A stretch of 64,000 bases of DNA, from positions 5,248,001 to 5,312,000 of the forward strand of contig OZ241362.1 in NCBI GenBank assembly GCA_965200315.1, given 5' to 3'. Source of the DNA: Candidatus Latescibacterota bacterium (lineage in GTDB: Bacteria; Latescibacterota; UBA2968; UBA8231). The notes beneath the pieces were generated by a model. The model ran no database searches. It was not told the origin of the DNA and worked only from the letters and a program-made list of their open reading frames with translations. Made by a program: the position numbers and the translations under genes. Of the stretch, positions 57,352 to 64,000 are shown piece after piece (position 1 is the stretch's first letter; each line of letters starts with the position of its first letter).

Positions 57352-59451
57352 ATGTCGCAACTCGAACACATTGAAGCTATTGAAAGACGGCTCTGGAGCG
57401 CGGCAGATACTCTGCGTGCCAACTCTAGCCATGCCAGCAACGAATACTTCCTGCCGGTAATGGGACTGGTTTTCCTGCGCCACGCCTACAGCCGCTATTT
57501 GGCAGTAAAGGACGACATAGAAGCCAACTTACCTACTCGCGGTGGCGTGAAACGGGTGCTGATCAAGGAGGATTTCTCCCAGCAGAGCGCTATCTTCCTC
57601 CGGCCCGGGGCCCAGTTCGACTATCTTGTCGCCTTACCCGACGGCGCGGACCGGGCCGGAGCGATCATCGCGGCTATGGAGTCTATTGAGAACGACTACG
57701 ACAGCCTGCGCGGCGTCCTGCCCAAGAGCGAATATCGGGAATTGGACAGTGCTGTACTCGGCCAGCTCCTGCGCACGCTCAATCCGGACGAGTTGAAGCA
57801 GGTCTCCGGCGATGTATTCGGTCGCATCTACGAGTACTTCCTGACGCAGTTCGCCGATCAGAAGGCTCACGATGGCGGGGAATTCTTCACGCCTGTGTCG
57901 CTGGTGTCGCTGATTGCCCATGTGCTCGATCCGCAGCGCGGCACTGTGTTGGACCCGGCGTGTGGCTCCGGTGGTATGTTCGTGCAGAGCGCCCGCACTG
58001 TGGAGGAGCACGGCCAGAGCCCCACTGAGCGGCTCACTTTTCGCGGCTTGGAGAAAAACGCCACCACCATCCACCTCGCCAAGATGAACCTCGCCGTCCA
58101 CGGCCTTGAAGGCGACATTCAGCAGGCCATCACGTACTACGAGGATCCGCACGAACTGGTGGGGCAGGCCGACTATGTCATAGCCAATCCTCCCTTCAAT
58201 GTGGACGAGATTGACGCCGACAAGGTGAAGGTTGATCCGCGCTTGCCGTTTGGCCTACCTGGTGTCAACAAGCAGGGCAAGGTCAGCAACGGCAACTACG
58301 TCTGGATTAGCTACTTCTACAGCTATCTGAAAGAGCGGGGGCGGGCTGGCTTTGTGATGTCGTCGCAGGCGTCTAGTGCTGGTCGCGGCGAGGCGCAGGT
58401 GCGGCGGAAGCTGGTGGAGAGTGGTGATGTGGATGCGATGATCGCCATCCGCAGCAACTTCTTCTATACCCGCACCGTGCCGTGTGAGTTATGGTTTTTT
58501 AACCGTGCCAAGCCGGAGGCGCACCGTGACAAGGTGCTGATGATCGACGCGCGCAATGTGTATCGCCAAGTGACGCGCAAGATCTGCGACTTTAGCTCCG
58601 AACAGCAGCAGAATTTGCTGGCTATCGTCTGGCTCTATCGGGGCGAGAGCGAGCGTTTTGTCGATCTGGTGTCGAGCTACTGCGACCGCGTTCTCGACGA
58701 GGGGAAGGGGGCCTTCAGCGCCGAGAGTGAACGGGGCCTGCCGAATTTTCTAGCCTCGCTCAACAGCTTGCGGGATGCGCTGGTTCCTTTTCTCGATACG
58801 CTTGGTGCAGAAGATGCCCATGCCGAGGCGTCCGAGAAATTGACGGACGCCCTGCGCGACTTTGAGGCTGATGGGGACGCTTTCCAAAAGGCGGTTGTCG
58901 CGCAGGGGGAGGCTTGGGCTGGGCAGGAAATTGATAGCGGCACGATGAAAACAAGGGTTGACGGCCTTGCTTCGCTGGCCGAGAGCAGCCGCGATCTTGC
59001 CGGACAGGCCGAACACCTGTACAAGCTGGCTGCTCGTCTCATCGAGATTTGCGAGGAGGAGTGTGATGCCAAGTCCAGCGTCTTCTATGACGCCCGTGGT
59101 GTCACCCGCGCCCGCAGAGATGCCGACGAGGCTCGCCAGCGAGCTGTTGAGCAACTCAAGCAGGTGCGCTACTTCTATCAGCAGGCCCACTGGCTCACCG
59201 AGCGCTTTCCAGACGCTGAGCTGCGCAATGTGGAGGGGCTAGTTAAGCTGGTGGATTGCGCTGAGATTGAGGCCAACGACTGGAGCTTGACTCCGGGCCG
59301 CTATGTGGGGGTCGCGCCCGAGGACGAGGACGAGGATTTCGACTTCAGGGAGGCCCTGCGCGAAATTCACGAGGAACTGGATGAGCTGAACGCAGAGGCG
59401 GCGACGCTGGCGGCGACCATTAAGAAGAACTTCGAGGCGTTGGAGATATGA
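57352..59451 (+). CDS. hsdM: Type I R-M methyltransferase subunit
   Basis: LWSAADTLR, FGRIYEYFL, GEFFTP, DPACGSGGMF, ANPPFN, WSLTPGRYVG. Confidence 0.95.
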   Translation: MSQLEHIEAIERRLWSAADTLRANSSHASNEYFLPVMGLVFLRHAYSRYLAVKDDIEANLPTRGGVKRVLIKEDFSQQSAIFLRPGAQFDYLVALPDGADRAGAIIAAMESIENDYDSLRGVLPKSEYRELDSAVLGQLLRTLNPDELKQVSGDVFGRIYEYFLTQFADQKAHDGGEFFTPVSLVSLIAHVLDPQRGTVLDPACGSGGMFVQSARTVEEHGQSPTERLTFRGLEKNATTIHLAKMNLAVHGLEGDIQQAITYYEDPHELVGQADYVIANPPFNVDEIDADKVKVDPRLPFGLPGVNKQGKVSNGNYVWISYFYSYLKERGRAGFVMSSQASSAGRGEAQVRRKLVESGDVDAMIAIRSNFFYTRTVPCELWFFNRAKPEAHRDKVLMIDARNVYRQVTRKICDFSSEQQQNLLAIVWLYRGESERFVDLVSSYCDRVLDEGKGAFSAESERGLPNFLASLNSLRDALVPFLDTLGAEDAHAEASEKLTDALRDFEADGDAFQKAVVAQGEAWAGQEIDSGTMKTRVDGLASLAESSRDLAGQAEHLYKLAARLIEICEEECDAKSSVFYDARGVTRARRDADEARQRAVEQLKQVRYFYQQAHWLTERFPDAELRNVEGLVKLVDCAEIEANDWSLTPGRYVGVAPEDEDEDFDFREALREIHEELDELNAEAATLAATIKKNFEALEI

Positions 59452-59455
59452 GGAG

Positions 59456-59980
59456 ATGGACGCCGACCGGAAAATCATTATCATCGCCGGACCCAATGGC
59501 GCGGGAAAAACAACGTTCGCACAGGAGCATTTGCCACACGAAGCCGAATGTCCCGCCTTTGTCAACGCCGACCTGATCGCAGCGGGCCTGTCCCCCTTTC
59601 AGCCGGACGCCGCTCTTTTTCGCACCGGCCGGCTGATGTTGGAGGAAATCAAAAGTCATGTGCAGCAGCGAAGAAGTTTTGCCTTTGAAACTACCTTGTC
59701 TGGTATCGGCTATGCCAGAATGATCCCGCACTGGCGCAGCGACGGTTATACGGTCAAGCTGATATTTCTGGCACTGGCAACGCCGGAAGAAGCGATCAAA
59801 CGAGTTGAATTGCGCGTAAAGCAAGGCGGCCACCATGTTCCGCCGGATGTTATTAGCCGCCGCTTTGCGAGTGGGTTAAAGAATTTTCAGAATATGTACC
59901 GCCACATCGTCGATTATTGGCAGTGGTTCGACAATAGTGGCCGTATCCCCATATTGATTGATGAAGGAGAGAATCCATGA
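59456..59980 (+). CDS. Zeta toxin-like/AAA P-loop ATPase
   Basis: AGPNGAGKTT, VNADLIA, FETTLS, RVKQGGHHVP. Confidence 0.85.
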   Translation: MDADRKIIIIAGPNGAGKTTFAQEHLPHEAECPAFVNADLIAAGLSPFQPDAALFRTGRLMLEEIKSHVQQRRSFAFETTLSGIGYARMIPHWRSDGYTVKLIFLALATPEEAIKRVELRVKQGGHHVPPDVISRRFASGLKNFQNMYRHIVDYWQWFDNSGRIPILIDEGENP

Positions 59981-60171
59981 AAGAGCCAAAGCAACCGATC
60001 CCCGTCTCTAAGCTTGACGATCCCGATATGCAGGCTGTCGCCAGTGCGTTATACCGGGCTTCTAGACGTGCTCATCTGATCGCGCATCAGACCGGGACTG
60101 GTGTTATCGTGATGCGCGATGGTGAGGTGGTGGAGATCGAGCCGGATCCGGAAATGTACGAGGGGCTGTGA
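59977..60171 (+). CDS. Small protein coupled to the zeta-like ATPase
   Basis: ATGA overlap; AAGGAG RBS; ALYRASRRAH..A.QTGTGVIVMRDGEVVEI. Confidence 0.7.
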   Translation: MKEPKQPIPVSKLDDPDMQAVASALYRASRRAHLIAHQTGTGVIVMRDGEVVEIEPDPEMYEGL

Positions 60172-60214
60172 AATGGATATACTCGCGTTGTTTTCTCAAT
60201 AAGGGGTTGATACT

Positions 60215-61387
60215 ATGAAAAACGCGCCTTTGATGTCCCTTGCAGAGATTTCCGAGTCAGTCCAATACGGATACACAGCCTCGGCATCCGACACAGAGGT
60301 AGGACCAAAGTTTCTGCGTATCACCGACATAGTGCCACCTCAGATCGACTGGTATAAGGTCCCTTATTGTGAGATCGATGAAGTAAATCTCAACAAATTT
60401 TCTCTTGTACCTGGAGACATTGTTATAGCTCGTACTGGAGCAACAGTAGGACATGCCAAGCTAATTCGGAGCAATGAAACATCTGTGTTTGCATCATATC
60501 TTGTAAGAATTCGAGTTGACCGTGATAAAGCAGATCCTGGTTATGTTGGCCGGATTGTCGAATCAGATACATACAAAAAATTTGTTCTTTCTCATGTAGG
60601 AGGCGCGGCCCAGCCAAACGCAAACGCAAGAGTGCTTTCGTCCTTTATGCTACCGATTCCCCCAAAATCTGCACAGACCCACATCGCCTCCATCCTTTCT
60701 GTCTACGACGACCTGATTGAGAACAATCGGCGGCGGATTCAGTTGCTGGAGCAGGCGGCGCGGCTGCTCTACAAGGAGTGGTTTGTCCACCTCCGCTTCC
60801 CCGGCCATGAGCACGTTAAGATCAAGGATGGTGTGCCGGAGGGATGGGAGAAGAAGCCGCTGAGTGAGGTTGCTCTGCTAAATTATGGGAGGTCTCTCAA
60901 GAAGGATGATAGGCTTCCCGGTAGCGTTCCGGTCTATGGATCAAGCGGCATTGTAGGAACTCACAATCAGGCTACGGTCAATGGCCCAACGATAATTATT
61001 GGACGCAAAGGTAACGTTGGTAGTGTTTACTGGTCATCGGAAGACTGCGTCCCGATAGATACAGTGTATTACGTCCAGAGCGAAAGCTGTTCTTTACGTC
61101 TGTATTATGCACTGAGGACTTTGCCATTTATTAGCACAGACGTTGCGGTCCCCGGATTGAACCGCGATTTTGCTCACAGCCGCCTGATCTTGACGCCATC
61201 ATCGTCGTACCATCGCCTTTTCGAGAACACGGTCGGCCCTTTCCATCAGCAAATCGCCATCTTACGTCGGCAAAATGCCAAGCTCGAAAGAGCACTCGAC
61301 CTACTCCTACCACGACTGATGAGTGGGGAGGTTTGGGGCAAAAAGCTGTGTCCGGCCAGCTCAACAAGGTTATCCGCGCCTTGCTGA
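60215..61387 (+). CDS. hsdS: Type I R-M specificity subunit (C-terminus extended by fusion)
   Basis: Two TRDs; central Q..IASILS.YDDLIENNRRRI.LLEQ.A..LYKEWFV; DLLLPRLMSGE. Confidence 0.92.
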   Translation: MKNAPLMSLAEISESVQYGYTASASDTEVGPKFLRITDIVPPQIDWYKVPYCEIDEVNLNKFSLVPGDIVIARTGATVGHAKLIRSNETSVFASYLVRIRVDRDKADPGYVGRIVESDTYKKFVLSHVGGAAQPNANARVLSSFMLPIPPKSAQTHIASILSVYDDLIENNRRRIQLLEQAARLLYKEWFVHLRFPGHEHVKIKDGVPEGWEKKPLSEVALLNYGRSLKKDDRLPGSVPVYGSSGIVGTHNQATVNGPTIIIGRKGNVGSVYWSSEDCVPIDTVYYVQSESCSLRLYYALRTLPFISTDVAVPGLNRDFAHSRLILTPSSSYHRLFENTVGPFHQQIAILRRQNAKLERALDLLLPRLMSGEVWGKKLCPASSTRLSAPC

Positions 61388-61500
61388 GCGATGGAGCTAT
61401 CGAATACACGATTCCAGAAAAGCCGAATAGTCGTCTTCAGCAGTATCGGTTGACAGACAAGGGCCAAGCGTTGCGAGATCGCTTGACGCAGACCCAATAA
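61336..61500 (+). pseudogene. C-terminal winged-helix remnant of a Fic/ATP-binding regulator
   Basis: Alternative frame GQLNKVIRALLSDGAIEYTIPEKPNSRLQQYRLTDKGQALRDRLTQTQ*. Confidence 0.65.
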
Positions 61501-61568
61501 ACCAATGCTTACGCGCTTGGTGAATTGGAAAACGGCAGTCTAAGGCTTGACGTCGAGGCTTTGATACT

Positions 61569-62459
61569 ATGGCAGACCCGTATCGCATCGTTGAAGTGAA
61601 ACCGGAATGGGTTATTGATTGGGAAGATATGGGAACCAAGACAAAGTTCTGGTATCGTGACCCTGATGACGATGCAAACTGGCTCTTCAAGTATCCCCGG
61701 CCAAATACAGGGGAACACTGGGCGGAGAAAATTGCCGCAGAAGTTGCGTCTGTACTCGGAATCAGACACGCGAAGGTGGAATTGGCACAGTTTGAAGGTG
61801 ATTATGGTTCGGTAACAGAATCGTTTGCTCGTAGCGGTAGAGCACTATACCATGGCAACCAAATGCTGAAATGGATCGTTAGCGGCTACGAGCCTAAGAG
61901 AAGATTCCGCCAATCACAGCATACACTGGCGAATATATTTGAAGGAATGGACCGTGTTTTTATTAGACCTGAAGCCGCGATTCGAGCAAAAAGCACCATT
62001 GCAAGCTATATAGTTTTGGACTCTTTGATTGGCAACACGGATCGTCATCATGAGAACTGGGGATTGCTTTTCCGACGCGAGGGTGATGGTAAGAAGGGTT
62101 TTGTGGCACCGTCTTTCGATCACGCATCTTCGCTAGGACGAGAACTACCCGACGAACGCCGCGATAGATTCTTAAAGGGAAATGGCGTAGGTGGTTATGC
62201 GGAAAAAGGACGCGGTGCGATTTATTGGTCTGAAGAAGAGCGGCGGGCCCCCAGTCCTCTGGAACTGGTACGGCGGGCGGTCCGCGATTATTCAGATTTT
62301 TTCCGTCCAGTACTCCTGAAACTCGCAGAGATAGACGAGAGCATTTTTTCTAAGATCGTCAGGAGAATCCCCCCTGATTGGATGACTTCTTCGGCGCGTG
62401 AATTCGCGGTTAAACTATTATGCTATAATTATAGACAGTTAAAGGAGATTTTTCGATGA
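61569..62459 (+). CDS. HipA-like Ser/Thr kinase
   Basis: MGTKTKFW, LFKYPR, EHWAEKIA, DSLIGNTDRHHENWG, APSFDHASSLG. Confidence 0.88.
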   Translation: MADPYRIVEVKPEWVIDWEDMGTKTKFWYRDPDDDANWLFKYPRPNTGEHWAEKIAAEVASVLGIRHAKVELAQFEGDYGSVTESFARSGRALYHGNQMLKWIVSGYEPKRRFRQSQHTLANIFEGMDRVFIRPEAAIRAKSTIASYIVLDSLIGNTDRHHENWGLLFRREGDGKKGFVAPSFDHASSLGRELPDERRDRFLKGNGVGGYAEKGRGAIYWSEEERRAPSPLELVRRAVRDYSDFFRPVLLKLAEIDESIFSKIVRRIPPDWMTSSAREFAVKLLCYNYRQLKEIFR

Positions 62460-63247
62460 GCATGAAAACCTTGTTTTTAGCATGGCAGGACAAAAGAACG
62501 GAAGGCCGACCATGGTTTCCAGTGGGTAGGCTGGATATCGTCGAGCCGGAGCTTTATCGCTTCCGCTACATCGTCGGTGCGCAACTAGCTGGGTATATTC
62601 CATTCATTGATTTCCCCGAGTTATATGGAGATTACCGTTCCTCAGAGTTATTCCCGTTGTTCAGGAATCGCGTCATTGCACAGGGAAGGCCGGACCGCAT
62701 GGACTACCTGAGCAATCTCGATCTCCCAGAGGATGCGACTCCTTTCGAGATTCTATCGGTTAATGGTGGCACTCGCGTCACGGACGCCTACGAAGTATTC
62801 CCGAAGCTCGAAAAGGACTCCGACGGCTATTTCACCTGTCGATTCTTCCTGCACAGTTGGCGACGTGCAAGTAAAGAGGCCCAAGAGCGGATTGACTATC
62901 TGAAGCCAGAAGAGGAGCTATACGTAACCCTCGAATTGACCAATCCAGCAACCAAACTGGCAGTCCAAATCCAGACGACGGACTACTATATGATCGGCTG
63001 GACACCGCGCTATCTCGTAAACGATCTGGCCATGGCGATGACTGAAGGTCCCAATGACTACACCGCGCAAGTAGTGCGTGTTAATCCTATGCCGGCACCG
63101 TCAAGCCAGCGCGTTTTGATTGAAATGCGTGGCCGCTGGAATAAGCACAAGCCGATGAGCGGCAAGGAGTTCCAGCCTTTAGTATCCTCCCACATCGCGG
63201 TTGATCCAAATGTCGATGATCCAAGACATTATCAAGTTGCTTTGTAA
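62456..63247 (+). CDS. HipS-like N-terminal + HIRAN domain protein
   Basis: LFLAWQD...WFPVGRL...YRFRY...LFPLFRNR; HIRAN-like LELTNP...AVQI...IGWTPRYL; ATGA-coupled to the kinase. Confidence 0.78.
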   Translation: MSMKTLFLAWQDKRTEGRPWFPVGRLDIVEPELYRFRYIVGAQLAGYIPFIDFPELYGDYRSSELFPLFRNRVIAQGRPDRMDYLSNLDLPEDATPFEILSVNGGTRVTDAYEVFPKLEKDSDGYFTCRFFLHSWRRASKEAQERIDYLKPEEELYVTLELTNPATKLAVQIQTTDYYMIGWTPRYLVNDLAMAMTEGPNDYTAQVVRVNPMPAPSSQRVLIEMRGRWNKHKPMSGKEFQPLVSSHIAVDPNVDDPRHYQVAL

Positions 63248-63325
63248 TTCATAGATCGTCTCGGATAGCGATTGACACCTCGGTGTGGATTGAGCATAAG
63301 GCATGCGTGTCCGACAACCCTACAT

Positions 63326-63400
63326 GTTACCGCACAAGTCACCGCACAAGTTACACCCAAAGTTACGGCCAGAGTTACGGTCAGAGTCACGGCCAGAGTC
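63326..63400 (+). repeat. 12-bp tandem repeat (VTAQ/VTAR-type linker remnant)
   Basis: GTTACCGCACAA GTCACCGCACAA GTTACACCCAAA GTTACGGCCAGA GTTACGGTCAGA GTCACGGCCAGA. Confidence 0.75.
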
Positions 63401-63480
63401 GTGTGCTTATTCAGTCGTTAAAAGGCTCATGACGAAGACAGACAAGGACCAAGCGTTGCGAGATTCTTGACCCACACCCT

Positions 63481-64000
63481 ATGCCCCCCGCGCCCTACAC
63501 CGAAGACACCCTCGTCCAGCAGACCACCGCCGATTACTTAAAGCAACCGCTCGGCTGGGAATCCATCTACGCCCATAACGCCGAGGACTTCGGCCCGAAT
63601 AGCCTGCTGGGCCGCGCCTCCGACCGCGAAGTAGTGCTGACTCGCTATCTGTTCGCCGCGCTGCGCTCGCTAAATCCGGATCTGCCGGCCGCCGCTTATG
63701 ACGACGCCGTCCGGCAGATTACCGCTACCGTCGCTTCGCAGACCCTCGTCGCCGCCAACCGCGAGCAGTACGACCTGCTGCGTGACGGTGTGCTGGTCAC
63801 CTTCCACAACGCCAAGGGCGATCGGATGCGGCAGCGGCTGAAGGTCTTTGACTTCGAGACGCCAGAGAACAACCACTTCCTCTGCGTACGCGAACTGTGG
63901 GTGCGCGGCGATCTCTATCGTCGGCGAGCCGACATCGTGGGTTTCGTCAACGGTTTGCCCTTGTTGTTCGTCGAGTGCAAGAACATCCACCGCAATCTCA
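63481..64000 (+). CDS. hsdR: Type I R-M restriction subunit, 5' part
   Basis: Manual translation MPPAPYTEDTLVQQTTADYL..LGW...LLGRASDREVVL...NHFLCVREL...RRADIVGFVNGLPLLFVECK; runs off the window. Confidence 0.92.
   Translation, partial: MPPAPYTEDTLVQQTTADYLKQPLGWESIYAHNAEDFGPNSLLGRASDREVVLTRYLFAALRSLNPDLPAAAYDDAVRQITATVASQTLVAANREQYDLLRDGVLVTFHNAKGDRMRQRLKVFDFETPENNHFLCVRELWVRGDLYRRRADIVGFVNGLPLLFVECKNIHRNL

Noticed and set aside
63326-63400. 12-bp repeats as iterons or CRISPR
   Set aside because: Codon-position variation fits a VTxQ/VTxR protein linker remnant.

Overview
Bacterial window, mostly GC-rich. The gene content resembles an FCB-superphylum, Latescibacterota/Gemmatimonadota-like organism, possibly host-associated; this is inference only, from T9SS/FlgD-type C-termini, 'WGxIK' tails, PhyH dioxygenases, sulfatases and Gfo/Idh/MocA enzymes. 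Housekeeping genes are nadB, guaA, tyrS and tRNA-Val(TAC), among many catabolic enzymes and at least ten decayed gene remnants. Defence loci sit at both ends: an N6-adenine MTase running off the left edge, a decayed type II R-M pair, and at the right vapBC plus a type I R-M operon carrying a zeta-like ATPase pair and a HipA-like kinase/HIRAN pair. Two observations stand out. (1) tyrS is preceded by a sigma70 promoter, a 19-aa leader peptide with three consecutive Tyr codons and an intrinsic terminator, i.e. an apparent ribosome-mediated tyrosine attenuator. (2) A ~17-kb cell-envelope locus (27.7-44.7 kb) encodes a PPIase lipoprotein, a 'TWGKIK'-tailed secreted protein followed by a strong hairpin, a lipoprotein, three paralogous discoidin-like/FlgD-CTD proteins (two more lie at 46.6 and 52.1 kb), an 878-aa putative beta-barrel and a TPR lipoprotein. 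This may be an undescribed surface assembly or uptake system.
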